Source: a bacterium
GTDB lineage: Bacteria; JAMCPX01
Length of the DNA: 58,725 nucleotides
Direction of reading: 5' to 3'
Assembly (NCBI GenBank): GCA_037439545.1
Contig: JBBIVV010000014.1
Coordinates: 1 to 58,725, forward strand
Translations under genes and position numbers: made by a program
The notes under the pieces: generated by a model
What the model saw: the letters and a program-made list of their open reading frames with translations, nothing else
Told to the model about the DNA's origin: nothing
The model's database searches: none
Shown: positions 49,283-58,723 of the stretch, piece by piece
How the letters are laid out: every line of letters begins with the position of its first letter
How positions within the stretch are numbered: position 1 is the stretch's first letter

Positions 49283-49630
49283 ATGATACCGAACAGGACC
49301 AAGAGGTTGGGGGAGCTCCTTAAAGAGGAGATCGTAACGATAATATCAAAAAAGGTGAGAGATCCAAGAATAGGTTTTATCACGATTAACGAGGTCGTTG
49401 TGAACCCGGATTTCAAATCGGCGGTTGTTTATTATACGATGATCGGCAGCGATAAGCAGAAAGAGGAAGCCGCGTCTGCACTTGAAAAAACATCCGGTTT
49501 TATACGGAAAGAACTTATGCTTCTGCATCTCAATGTCAAACATCTGCCCATGCTTGCCTTTACGTATGACACCTCGATCGATTACGGTGAAAAAATAGAC
49601 AGGGTACTTAAAAAGTTGAAACAGTCATGA
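49283..49630 (+). CDS. rbfA: Ribosome-binding factor A
   Basis: DPRIGFITI, GFIRKEL, P.L.F.YDTSIDYG. Confidence 0.94.
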   Translation: MIPNRTKRLGELLKEEIVTIISKKVRDPRIGFITINEVVVNPDFKSAVVYYTMIGSDKQKEEAASALEKTSGFIRKELMLLHLNVKHLPMLAFTYDTSIDYGEKIDRVLKKLKQS

Positions 49631-50592
49631 TCAGTACAAGAAGCGTCAATGATTTAATAAAAATAATAAGAAATAATAGAACATTTTTTATACTGTCACA
49701 CGTAAACCCGGAGCCTGACACGATAGGTGCGGCACTGTCTTTTTATCATTATCTTAAACGTATCGGGAAAAAAGTAGTTGTTTTCAATGCAGACGGTGTC
49801 CCTAAATTTATGAAGTTTATGCCGCATGCAGATATTGTCAGTACGGTCGTGCCGCGCAAGCGGTTTGATGTCGCCATAAGCGTTGATGCAGGTGGAGTGG
49901 ATATGCTTGGTGACGATTTTGATAAACTCAAGAAAGGCATCCTTGTAAATATCGATCACCATAGGACAAACACACGATTCGGGGATTTGAATATAGTGGA
50001 TTCCTGCGCCTCTGCGGCATGCGAGCTTTTATATGTCCTTTTCAAGAAGATGAAGATACCAGTCGACAGTACCATTTCATCCCTTCTTCTTGCAGGCATA
50101 GTATACGATACTGGTTCATTCAGGTACAGGAATACAACCGCAAAAACATTGAGGATTACATCCGAACTTATCAAATACGGCTCTGATATAGCAGGTATCG
50201 CTGAAAAACTTTACGAGAATCAATCCCTTGGAAGATTAAAGCTGCTGGAGATGATGCTCAATACGCTCGAGCTTTCTCCGGATGGCAGGATTGCATCCAT
50301 AGAACTTACAAAAAATATGTATGAGGCTACCGGGACTACCAGGGAAGATGCCGAAGGGCTTATAGATTATCCTAAGTCCATCAGCGGAGTGGCCGTGGCA
50401 GTCCTTTTCAGGGAAGCTGACGATAATAAGTATAAGATAAGCCTTCGATCAAAACAGGACATCAACGTTGCCGATATAGCAGAGGAACTCGGCGGCGGTG
50501 GACATATAAATGCGGCAGGATGCACTATGAACGGAAAGTTGTTTGATATAAAGAACAGGGTACTAAACTTAGTCGTAGAGAAGATTAAATAA
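49627..50592 (+). CDS. nrnA: DHH/DHHA1 phosphoesterase (NrnA-like oligoribonuclease/PAP phosphatase)
   Basis: HVNPEPDTIG, NIDHH, DTGSF, SLRS, GGGGHINAAG. Confidence 0.88.
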   Translation: MISTRSVNDLIKIIRNNRTFFILSHVNPEPDTIGAALSFYHYLKRIGKKVVVFNADGVPKFMKFMPHADIVSTVVPRKRFDVAISVDAGGVDMLGDDFDKLKKGILVNIDHHRTNTRFGDLNIVDSCASAACELLYVLFKKMKIPVDSTISSLLLAGIVYDTGSFRYRNTTAKTLRITSELIKYGSDIAGIAEKLYENQSLGRLKLLEMMLNTLELSPDGRIASIELTKNMYEATGTTREDAEGLIDYPKSISGVAVAVLFREADDNKYKISLRSKQDINVADIAEELGGGGHINAAGCTMNGKLFDIKNRVLNLVVEKIK

Positions 50593-50595
50593 TAT

Positions 50596-51324
50596 ATGCA
50601 GATGCTATCCGATCTTTCCGGAGCTATACTCATTGACAAACCGCCCTCGATTACATCGTATGATGTCATAAGGGAAATAAAAAAGGTTATGCCGGGGTGG
50701 AAAATTGGGCATACAGGGACGCTGGATCCGCTGGCTACAGGTTTAATGATACTTCTTACCGGCACTGCGACAAAGCTTGCGGGCTATTTTCTGAAATTGA
50801 ACAAAGTGTATCGCTTTACATTGAGATTCGGTCAGGAAACAGATACCATGGACAGCACGGGCACCATAATACGGGAATGTGATTACAGGAATGTAACCGA
50901 AGAGATATTAAAGGAAACCATGCAGTCATTCAAAGGTAACATCGAGCAATATCCACCTCTTTATTCCGCGATAAAATACAAGGGTAAGCCGCTTTATAAG
51001 TATGCGAGGAAAGGAGAGGACGTTACGATTATGCCGAGAATGGTAGAGATCAGAGACATCTCGATAGACGAATTCTCCCTGCCCTATGCAGTGTTTACGG
51101 CAGAGGTATCGTCAGGGACTTATATACGATCTCTTGCAAAATCTATTGGGGATGTGATACGTTGTGGTGCTCACGTTACTGCATTGAGGCGGTTAAGCGT
51201 CGGTAATTTTAAGGTGCAGCAGGCGTATCGGCTGGACGATATAAAACAGCGTTTACGGCAGGGTTCGGAAAGCTATGAATTTATTATACACAAAGACGTG
51301 CTTTTCGGTAAGATTGAACGATGA
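50596..51324 (+). CDS. truB: tRNA pseudouridine(55) synthase, without C-terminal PUA domain
   Basis: IDKP, GHTGTLDPLATG, QYPPLYSAIK, SSGTYIRSL. Confidence 0.96.
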   Translation: MQMLSDLSGAILIDKPPSITSYDVIREIKKVMPGWKIGHTGTLDPLATGLMILLTGTATKLAGYFLKLNKVYRFTLRFGQETDTMDSTGTIIRECDYRNVTEEILKETMQSFKGNIEQYPPLYSAIKYKGKPLYKYARKGEDVTIMPRMVEIRDISIDEFSLPYAVFTAEVSSGTYIRSLAKSIGDVIRCGAHVTALRRLSVGNFKVQQAYRLDDIKQRLRQGSESYEFIIHKDVLFGKIER

Positions 51325-51363
51325 AAATATGGAAAATTAAAGAGTATAAAATAGGAGGTTAGA

Positions 51364-51633
51364 ATGGCTTTAACAAAAGAGAAAAAATCGGAGATTATCA
51401 AGGGTAGTGCCATGCATGAAAAAGATACAGGCTCTCCCGAGGTGCAGATTTCTCTGATAACACAAAGGATTAACATGCTTGAGGATCATTTTAAAATACA
51501 CAAAAAAGATAACCACTCAAGACAGGGGCTTCTGAAACTGGTGAGCCAGAGGCGCAGTCTGCTAAATTATTTAAAGAAAGACTCAGAAAAAAGGTACAAT
51601 GAATTACTCAATAAATTGGGGATAAGGAAATAA
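51364..51633 (+). CDS. rpsO: 30S ribosomal protein S15
   Basis: [29 protein letters not shown]. Confidence 0.98.
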   Translation: MALTKEKKSEIIKGSAMHEKDTGSPEVQISLITQRINMLEDHFKIHKKDNHSRQGLLKLVSQRRSLLNYLKKDSEKRYNELLNKLGIRK

Positions 51634-51635
51634 AC

Positions 51636-53732
51636 ATGATAATAAAAAAGTCTGTCCAGCTTGGTGGCAGGGAATTTACTATAGAAACAGGCAGAATGGC
51701 GAAACAAGCTCACGGTTCGGCCTATGTAAGCTATGCTGAAACGGGTGTTTTGTCAACAGCAGTCGCAAGCTTTGAGCCCGTGGGGAAACAGGATTTTGTA
51801 CCGCTTACCGTAGAGTATCAGGAGCGGTTTTACTCGGCAGGCAGGATACCGGGCGGATACTTTAAAAGAGAAGGGAGGCCTTCAGAGAAAGAAGTCTTAT
51901 CATCGCGATTAATCGACAGACCCATAAGGCCGCTTATACCGAAGGGGTTTAATTATGAGATGCAGGTCATTTCATTCGTAATATCAGCGGATCAAAAAAA
52001 TGATCCGGACATAATCGCCTTGACCGCTTCATCCGCTGCGTTGATGTTTTCAGACATCCCTTTTGCAGGTCCGATTGCTGCAGTTGAAGTGGGAAGGATA
52101 AAGGGCGAACTCATTCTTAATCCTACAGTAGACCAATTACTCGAGAGTGATATGGATATAATAATAGCAGGCAGTAAAGATGCTGTCGTTATGGTTGAAG
52201 GGGGAGCAAAGAACGTTTCTGAAGAGGAAATACAAAAAGCCATATTCTATGGGCACAGAATGATGCAGCCGATAATAGAATTACAGGAATCGATTGCAAA
52301 GGAACTCAATATAACAAAAAGACAGTACAGCGAGAGCCTGATTAGCAATGAGCTTTATGACCTGATAAGAAACAATTATTCCGCAGCTTTCACGGATGTG
52401 CTCACCACAAGGATAAAACAAGAGAGGCAGACAAAGGCAAGAGAGCTTTTTGAGAAAGCAATGAAGGAATTGACCCTCGGTGAAAAGTATGAATCAGAAG
52501 AGATCGAAATAGCGCTCGAGAAATTACAGGCGGAAATGGCGCGGGGAATGATAACAAAAGAACAAAAGCGCATAGATGGGAGAAGCCTCGAGGAAGTAAG
52601 ACCCATAACGTGTGAGGTGGGCTTCCTGCCGAGAACGCACGGCTCGGCCTTGTTTACAAGAGGTGAAACGCAGGCACTTGTCGTTACGACCATGGGTACA
52701 TTTGACGATGTACAGTTCATCGACGAGATCGGCGGTGAGAATAAGAGGAGATTTATGCTGCATTATAATTTTCCGCCATTCTCTGTCGGAGAAGTGAAAC
52801 AGATGAGAGGACCGGGAAGGAGAGAAATCGGTCATGGAGCACTTGCAGACAGGGCAATATCTTCAATAATACCTGGTGAGGACGACTTCCCCTATACGAT
52901 AAGGATAGTTTCGGACATTCTTGAGAGCAACGGTTCATCGTCCATGGCAACCGTGTGCGGCGCTACCCTCTCACTTATGGATGCAGGAGTGCCCATAAAA
53001 TCGCCTGTTGCAGGTGTTGCAATGGGATTGATAAAGGACAAAGATAACTATTTTATCCTGACCGATATACTCGGTGATGAGGATCACCTCGGTGATATGG
53101 ACTTCAAGGTAGCCGGAACAAAAGATGGTGTAACATCGATTCAGATGGACATAAAGATAGCAGGCGTTACAGAACAGATCATGAGTGATGCACTGAAGCA
53201 GGCAAAAAAGGCAAGATTACATATTCTTGATGTCATGCTTCAGACAATACCTGTTTCAAGGGCGGATATTTCGGAATATGCGCCAAGGATAGTCAATATG
53301 ACGATAAAAAACAGCAGAATAAAGGACCTCATCGGTCCGGGTGGCAAAAATATAAAGAATATTGTCGAAAAAACAGGTGTTAAGATTGATGTGGACGATT
53401 CGGGCAAGGTAAGGATCGCATCAGGCGATACCGCTCTCATGACAAAAGCTACAGAAATGGTCAAGTCACTTACACGCGATGCGGTGATTGGAGAGATCTA
53501 CACCGGCAAGGTGAAAAAGATAATGGACTTCGGCGCTTTTGTTGAAATCTTCCCCGGTACAGAAGGGCTCGTGCATATATCGCAGCTCGATGAGCACAGA
53601 GTTAATAGGGTAGAGGATATCGTTAAGGAAGGAGATGAAATCCCGGTCAAGGTCCTTGATATTGACAGAGAAGGTAAGATAAGGTTGTCAAGGAAGGAAG
53701 CACTCAGGGATAACACGCATAAACAAGTATGA
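51636..53732 (+). CDS. pnp: Polyribonucleotide nucleotidyltransferase
   Basis: ETGRMAKQA, RLIDRPIRP, HGSALFTRGETQ, RREIGHG, DHLGDMDFKVAG, KH and S1 domains. Confidence 0.98.
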   Translation: MIIKKSVQLGGREFTIETGRMAKQAHGSAYVSYAETGVLSTAVASFEPVGKQDFVPLTVEYQERFYSAGRIPGGYFKREGRPSEKEVLSSRLIDRPIRPLIPKGFNYEMQVISFVISADQKNDPDIIALTASSAALMFSDIPFAGPIAAVEVGRIKGELILNPTVDQLLESDMDIIIAGSKDAVVMVEGGAKNVSEEEIQKAIFYGHRMMQPIIELQESIAKELNITKRQYSESLISNELYDLIRNNYSAAFTDVLTTRIKQERQTKARELFEKAMKELTLGEKYESEEIEIALEKLQAEMARGMITKEQKRIDGRSLEEVRPITCEVGFLPRTHGSALFTRGETQALVVTTMGTFDDVQFIDEIGGENKRRFMLHYNFPPFSVGEVKQMRGPGRREIGHGALADRAISSIIPGEDDFPYTIRIVSDILESNGSSSMATVCGATLSLMDAGVPIKSPVAGVAMGLIKDKDNYFILTDILGDEDHLGDMDFKVAGTKDGVTSIQMDIKIAGVTEQIMSDALKQAKKARLHILDVMLQTIPVSRADISEYAPRIVNMTIKNSRIKDLIGPGGKNIKNIVEKTGVKIDVDDSGKVRIASGDTALMTKATEMVKSLTRDAVIGEIYTGKVKKIMDFGAFVEIFPGTEGLVHISQLDEHRVNRVEDIVKEGDEIPVKVLDIDREGKIRLSRKEALRDNTHKQV

Positions 53733-53782
53733 AGTTTAATTTTTATGATTGACATAGTGTAAAAGGACAGGCAGAGGATGGT

Positions 53783-54070
53783 ATGGGGAGAATCTCTATA
53801 ATTATAATAACGGCAGCGATGATTATGGCATCTGTGTCAGCAGCAGCAGCGGAGAACAACTCCATGGCCGGAGGGAAGCTCTTCCATGCAAAATGCTCTC
53901 TGTGTCACTCGGATGAGATCCCTTTGAATATGAAAAAGGACCAAAAGGGATGGGAAGAAACAGTGAAACTGATGCAGCAAAAAAAGCCAAACTTTATAAG
54001 CGATCAGGAAGCAAAAATTATAATAAACTTTCTGCTTGCACATTCGCAGGACACGGGCAAAGTTAAATAA
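53783..54070 (+). CDS. Small exported monoheme c-type cytochrome
   Basis: Signal peptide, single CSLCH heme motif, WEETVKLM with candidate axial Met. Confidence 0.8.
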   Translation: MGRISIIIITAAMIMASVSAAAAENNSMAGGKLFHAKCSLCHSDEIPLNMKKDQKGWEETVKLMQQKKPNFISDQEAKIIINFLLAHSQDTGKVK

Positions 54071-54119
54071 TCCGCAAATAAAATACCGCGACTGTAAAGG
54101 CGTAAAAAAGGAGGGTAAT

Positions 54120-54596
54120 ATGTTGAGAGTAATTAAAATAGCAACTATGGTTTCACTTCTTATGGTATGTCAGGTTATGGCACAGGAGAACAATGCTGTT
54201 TCTGGTGCTGTATCTCCGACAGCTACAACCGGAGAAAAGGCGTCCCAGCCAAAGGCTGCACTGCAGGAAGCATCTGTCCTGAAAGTAGTCGATGCCGCTA
54301 TTGCAACAGGAGTAGAGAACAGGTCCCCGGTCGGTGCTGCAAGCGCGTTCTCGGCAACAGTGGGCAAGCTGTACTGCTTTACAAAGATTGTAGGAGCAAA
54401 ACAGCCGACAGAGATTAAGCACGTATGGTTTTACAACAACACAGAAGTTACAAGCATAACGCTGCCTGTGAAAGCTATCACCTGGAGGACATTCAGTAAC
54501 AAAATCGTACCCGCGTATATGAAAGGCGCATGGAAAGTTGAAGTCCAGTCTGCTGATGGCAATGTTTTAAAGACTATAGAATTTAAGGTCGAATAA
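54120..54596 (+). CDS. Exported DUF2914-family protein
   Basis: AIATGVENRSP, LYCFT, HVWF, WRTFSNK, GAWKVEV; start at ATG 54120 after AAGGAGG. Confidence 0.8.
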   Translation: MLRVIKIATMVSLLMVCQVMAQENNAVSGAVSPTATTGEKASQPKAALQEASVLKVVDAAIATGVENRSPVGAASAFSATVGKLYCFTKIVGAKQPTEIKHVWFYNNTEVTSITLPVKAITWRTFSNKIVPAYMKGAWKVEVQSADGNVLKTIEFKVE

Positions 54597-54622
54597 TACT
54601 GTAAAGCGATAGTTCTGTTCTT

Positions 54623-54667
54623 AGATTCTTCGTCGTGGCGCACGAAACGTCACTCCCCGGAATGGCA
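54623..54667. repeat. Decayed palindromic repeat (AGATTCTTCG...GAATG type)
   Basis: AGATTCTTCGTC-GTGGCG-loop-CGTCAC-TCCCCGGAATGGCA; its end resembles the GGAATGACA end of the miaB element. Confidence 0.35.
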
Positions 54668-54788
54668 CAAGAGAGCTTTATTGTCAGGGTTTGTTTCAAA
54701 AAATTAGAAACAGCAAATACTTGTGAAAAAGAAATCCTTGACACGAAGCTAATACGACAGCTATCCGTTATGGTACGGATCAAAAACT

Positions 54789-55145
54789 GTGAATAAGAAA
54801 ACCAGTAAAGTAATTAAGTTGACCATGGCCATATCAATGGTTCTGGTGAGCCTCACCATACCGGCAATTCCGGCAGTAAACGCTTTTACCGCAATCCGGC
54901 AGTATCAGGTGTTAGAGAACCATAATGCAAGGCATAATCTGCCGGACATCGAATATGCTTCGGCTGATACAGGCTATACGGATCAGGATGTAATGGACGA
55001 GGGTGATCCGGCTCCATCGACTGACTGGGCATTCAATAGTGGCACCTTTATAAGATACAGAAAGGTCCTGTTTAGAACCGGCACATATATTAGCCCAGCA
55101 TATTATCATTGCTTTGTGAATCAAAAGGACGTGATAAGATGTTGA
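54789..55145 (+). CDS. Hypothetical protein, possibly exported
   Basis: 118 aa ORF with a signal-peptide-like N-terminus; GTG start, no clear SD. Confidence 0.45.
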   Translation: MNKKTSKVIKLTMAISMVLVSLTIPAIPAVNAFTAIRQYQVLENHNARHNLPDIEYASADTGYTDQDVMDEGDPAPSTDWAFNSGTFIRYRKVLFRTGTYISPAYYHCFVNQKDVIRC

Positions 55146-55366
55146 CAACCCGCTATAAAGCTGCACCCGACTTTTTTCTTTTCATTGCCCGTCTCTTATC
55201 CATAAGACCATACCTATCAATACAAATCTCGATAGTCCAAATAGAAAGATACAACTGTTTCACCCGATCAGGACGTCATGCCATATATGGCATGGATCAT
55301 ATTAATATCACATTACAAATACCATGAAGAACGGGATGTTTCAATCTACGGAATCATATATCTGTT

Positions 55367-56080
55367 ATGAAAAGGAGAACTGAAATGATAGAATTTACCC
55401 TTTACAGTAACCCCGGCCCTGTTGCGAACCCGATAAAAATGAGATCATCGATGAAATTATTCGACCTGCTTATAGCTATGAGGTCACCATGGAGATACCG
55501 CCATGATGTAAGGGTTGGCGTATACGCATCTATTATGGCAAATGTGATTGGTATGCCGAAGAGACAGGTTAAATACATGCAAATAGCAGGGTTACTCCAT
55601 GATATCGGACTGTGTGCTATAAATGACAAAATACTCGATAAGCCGGAAAGACTGTCTTCTTGCGAGTATACGACTGTCAAGTCTCACCCTGATCTCGGCA
55701 TGAAAATAGTGGACTACATGGGATTACCGGATGAGATCGTAAAAGCGGTTGCACAGCATCATGAGACGTACGGTGGTGATGGTTATCCTCTCGGATTAAA
55801 AGGCGATAAAATCAGCCTGTATGGAAGGATACTTTATCTTGCAGAGATTTTTGATACAATGACCAATGAAACACCATTTAAAAAAGAAACATCTCTTGAC
55901 AGCACAATAACATTCTTGAAACAGATGAAAAAAAAGAAGTTCGATCCACAGCTTGTAGATATCATGCTCGATTCTCATGAGGTCACCAATTTTTACAAAC
56001 AAAAAGATCAAGTGCCGGATAAGAATATCCTCTTATCGTTAGGATTGAATAAACATGGTTTACCTAAAATGGAGATATGA
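55367..56080 (+). CDS. Stand-alone HD-GYP domain protein (divergent)
   Basis: RHDVRV, LLHDIG, KSHP, QHHE..GGDGYPLGLKG, FDPQLV; true start may lie further downstream. Confidence 0.85.
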   Translation: MKRRTEMIEFTLYSNPGPVANPIKMRSSMKLFDLLIAMRSPWRYRHDVRVGVYASIMANVIGMPKRQVKYMQIAGLLHDIGLCAINDKILDKPERLSSCEYTTVKSHPDLGMKIVDYMGLPDEIVKAVAQHHETYGGDGYPLGLKGDKISLYGRILYLAEIFDTMTNETPFKKETSLDSTITFLKQMKKKKFDPQLVDIMLDSHEVTNFYKQKDQVPDKNILLSLGLNKHGLPKMEI

Positions 56081-56094
56081 CACCTCCCTGAATC

Positions 56095-56134
56095 AAAAAT
56101 ACAGTATGAACGAAGTGTACTCGTCCATACTGTA
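56095..56134 (-). terminator. Intrinsic terminator of the perR-ahpC-sod operon, between convergent genes
   Basis: TACAGTATG..ACGA-loop-TCGT..CATACTGTA stem; AAAAA on + gives a U-tract on the - strand. Confidence 0.6.
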
Positions 56135-56140
56135 AAACTG

Positions 56141-56722
56141 TTATTTCTGGAGCCTTGACTCTACAGCCGGCCAGTCTATAGTACTGAAGAATACTTCTAT
56201 ATAATCCGCCCTCTTGAGCCCGTAATCTATCATAAATGCGTGTTCGAACACGTCCAATATAAGGAGCGGGGTACAGCCTGCCGGATGACCTGTATCATGC
56301 TCATTAATCCAGAAATTTATAAGATTACCGTTTGTGTTATCCTGATATAATATTGCCCATCCAACCCCTCTCATGGCTCCTGTCGCCCTGAATTCTTTTT
56401 CCCAGTTCTCAACACTGCCGAAGCTCTCTGCAAGTTTTTTTGCGAGTTTACCATCTCTGGCAAGGGGTGATTTCCCACCGAGGTTCTCAAAGTAAAGCTC
56501 ATGCAGCCTCATGCCGTTGAACTCCCAACCAAGCCTTCTTTTTACCTCGGCATATTCAGCAGTGGATGTTTTGCCGTCTTTTAACAAGGAACTTAAGGTA
56601 TCCAGCTCCTTGTTCGTGTTTGTTACATATCCCTGATAAAGGGTGAAGTGGTTCTTCAAAAGCTGTTCACTCAGCCCCTTTATCCCTATTAATTTACCGT
56701 AGTCTTTTGCGCCATACGCCAT
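56141..56722 (-). CDS. Fe/Mn superoxide dismutase family protein
   Basis: HFTLYQGYV, LHELYFENL, FGSVENW, DVFEHAF metal-ligand motif. Confidence 0.92.
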   Translation of the reverse strand: MAYGAKDYGKLIGIKGLSEQLLKNHFTLYQGYVTNTNKELDTLSSLLKDGKTSTAEYAEVKRRLGWEFNGMRLHELYFENLGGKSPLARDGKLAKKLAESFGSVENWEKEFRATGAMRGVGWAILYQDNTNGNLINFWINEHDTGHPAGCTPLLILDVFEHAFMIDYGLKRADYIEVFFSTIDWPAVESRLQK

Positions 56723-56747
56723 TTCTTGCCTCCTTTAATTTATGTTT

Positions 56748-57341
56748 TTATACAGCCTTGTAAACATTACCTACCAGGGACTCGTTTGGTTTTAATGTCT
56801 TTGAACCCGGTTTCCATTTTGCAGGACAAACTTCTTCCGGATGTTGTCTTACATACAAGAATGCATTTATCTTTCTGAGAAGCTCATCTGCATTCCTGCC
56901 AACATTGTTAAGGTTTACCTCAGTACCGACAAGGTCTCCATCAGGATTAATGATAAAGGTTCCCCGGAATGCAAGGCCGCTGTTTTCATCATAAACACCG
57001 AAGATCCTCGATAAAGAACCGTTTGGATCAGCACCCATGTGATACTTTATTTTTTCTAATAGTTTTTCCTGGAGCTGCCATGCGAGGTGAACAAATTTTG
57101 TGTCCGTACTGACAGACACAACCTCACATCCCATGTCTTTCAGTTCCCCCTGTTTATCCGCAAGGTCTGCCAACTCTGTAGGACATACGAAGGTAAAATC
57201 CGCCGGGTAAAAAACAAGTACCGTCCATTTTTTTCCCGCAAGTGCTTCTTTTAGTTTGAATTTTCCATATTTACCGCCTGCTGGTTCATAGGTTTCCAGT
57301 TCAAACTCCGGGACCTTTTGACCAACTCTTAGTGCTTCCAT
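56748..57341 (-). CDS. ahpC: Typical 2-Cys peroxiredoxin
   Basis: FYPADFTFVCPTE, VSTD..FVH.AW, RGTFII, GRN..E, EVCPAKW. Confidence 0.93.
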   Translation of the reverse strand: MEALRVGQKVPEFELETYEPAGGKYGKFKLKEALAGKKWTVLVFYPADFTFVCPTELADLADKQGELKDMGCEVVSVSTDTKFVHLAWQLQEKLLEKIKYHMGADPNGSLSRIFGVYDENSGLAFRGTFIINPDGDLVGTEVNLNNVGRNADELLRKINAFLYVRQHPEEVCPAKWKPGSKTLKPNESLVGNVYKAV

Positions 57342-57374
57342 AGTCTATCCTCCTTTTTTAAATAATTTCTTACG

Positions 57375-57791
57375 TTAATGTATTTTCTCCGCTCCGCATT
57401 CAGAGCAGATACCAAAAAACTCAATATGATTATCTATTACCTCAAACCCGTTTGCCTTGTCATACGGCAGGGTGAGCGGATAATCCAATTCGATGTCGAT
57501 TATCTTCTTGCAATTTATGCATATCAAATGGTGATGCGTGTGAATATTCGGATCGATCCTTTTTTTCTGGGTATCGATGGATAATTCCTTAATTCTGCCG
57601 TGCGTTGTAAGTACGTTGAGCGTGTTATAAACCGTTGCAAAAGACATGGAAGGGAATTTTTTGCTTACATGTCTGTATATATCGATAACAGACGGGTGTT
57701 CTTTGTTACCTTCAAGGTAGTCCAGTATTGCTATACGCTGAGGCGTAAGCTTGATATTCAATGTTTTATACTTCTCTATCTTTTTCTTCAT
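57375..57791 (-). CDS. perR: Peroxide-responsive Fur-family repressor
   Basis: KLTPQR, EHPS, ATVYNTL, RID..HTHHHLICINC..IID (PerR-type Asp), CSEC; heads ahpC-sod; Per box upstream. Confidence 0.82.
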   Translation of the reverse strand: MKKKIEKYKTLNIKLTPQRIAILDYLEGNKEHPSVIDIYRHVSKKFPSMSFATVYNTLNVLTTHGRIKELSIDTQKKRIDPNIHTHHHLICINCKKIIDIELDYPLTLPYDKANGFEVIDNHIEFFGICSECGAEKIH

Positions 57792-57796
57792 ATCAG

Positions 57797-57813
57797 ATTA
57801 TAATAATTATAAT
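57797..57813. promoter_or_regulatory. PerR operator (Per box)
   Basis: ATTATAAT-A-ATTATAAT perfect palindrome containing TTATAATnATTATAA. Confidence 0.85.
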
Positions 57814-57833
57814 GTAATAAATATTATTGTCAA
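57806..57833 (-). promoter_or_regulatory. Consensus sigma70 promoter of the perR operon
   Basis: Minus strand TTGACA (57833-57828), 16 nt, TATAAT (57811-57806). Confidence 0.75.
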
Positions 57834-57909
57834 GTTAAATTTTATGATGTTTTCCGAAAGAGTGATCGATAGTACAAGAATCTTAAAAATATGTTATATT
57901 ATCTATTAT

Positions 57910-58374
57910 ATGAAAAATGATAAGCCCATAGAGCATATTAAGCAGGTGACAGCGAACAGAATAGCTTCTCATAACTATGAACTTTATGAGCGGTACGAGG
58001 CTGGCATTGTGCTGAAGGGCTATGAGGTCAAGTCTTTGAGGGCGGGCGTCATGAATATCAGGGACAGCTATGTTCTGATAAAAAATAATGAAGTCTTCCT
58101 CGTAGGAGCACATATTGCACCGTATAGTCACATGACATCCGAGAGATATGATCCGACCCGTATGCGGAAGCTCTTATTGAACCGTGTTGAAATTAACAAG
58201 TTACTCGGCAAGGTCAAGGAAAAGGGCTTTACTTTAGTCCCAACGCGTGTATATTTTAAGCAGGGCCTGGCAAAGCTTGAATTTGCTGTTGCGAGAGGCA
58301 GAAAGGTCTTTGATAAAAGAGAACAACTCAAGAAAAAAGATATTGAAAGAGAGCAGAGACGCAATCTTTCATAA
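57910..58374 (+). CDS. smpB: SsrA-binding protein
   Basis: NRIASHNY, EAGIVLKGYEVKSLR, RKLLL, GRKVFDKRE; start placed at ATG 57910. Confidence 0.96.
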   Translation: MKNDKPIEHIKQVTANRIASHNYELYERYEAGIVLKGYEVKSLRAGVMNIRDSYVLIKNNEVFLVGAHIAPYSHMTSERYDPTRMRKLLLNRVEINKLLGKVKEKGFTLVPTRVYFKQGLAKLEFAVARGRKVFDKREQLKKKDIEREQRRNLS

Positions 58375-58376
58375 CC

Positions 58377-58723
58377 GGGGGCGAAGGGTTTCGACACGGC
58401 TAAGATAGCCTTTTGGTGCATGTCGAGGTCCCATCTACTCGTTAAAAGGATGGAAAAAAATAGTCGCAAACGACTACGCACTCGCTGCTTAATTAAAAGC
58501 AGCTGAGTTGGACCGGCCACCTTGCGGGCTGTTTCAACGATAAAACCTTTAGCAAGGCTATTTCGGGGATTTATTCTGTTTAACCCGAGGTTGCACCCCA
58601 AACGGAATAGTTGTCTGAATCTTGCCGGTGAAATGAAGACAGCGAACATTAAATCACAGGATAAACATGTAGTGCCAGAGGTGAAAACAGTTGTGGACGC
58701 GGGTTCAACTCCCGCCGCCTCCA
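58377..58723 (+). ncRNA. ssrA: tmRNA, tag peptide (A)ANDYALAA
   Basis: 5' GGGGGCGAAGGGTTTCGAC, 3' GCGGGTTCAACTCCCGCCGCCTCCA; tag ORF GCA AAC GAC TAC GCA CTC GCT GCT TAA at 58466-58492; follows smpB. Confidence 0.96.

Noticed and set aside
54710..54780. c-di-GMP-I riboswitch-like words (GCAAA, GAAA, GACACGAAGC, GACAGC) upstream of the orphan and HD-GYP genes
   Set aside because: The P1 and P2 stems cannot be formed and P2 is far too short; a TTGACA promoter explains it equally well. An Infernal search with the Rfam c-di-GMP-I model would settle it
57751..57909. N-terminal extension of the smpB ORF
   Set aside because: AT-rich divergent promoter region overlapping perR; SmpB similarity begins near ATG 57910
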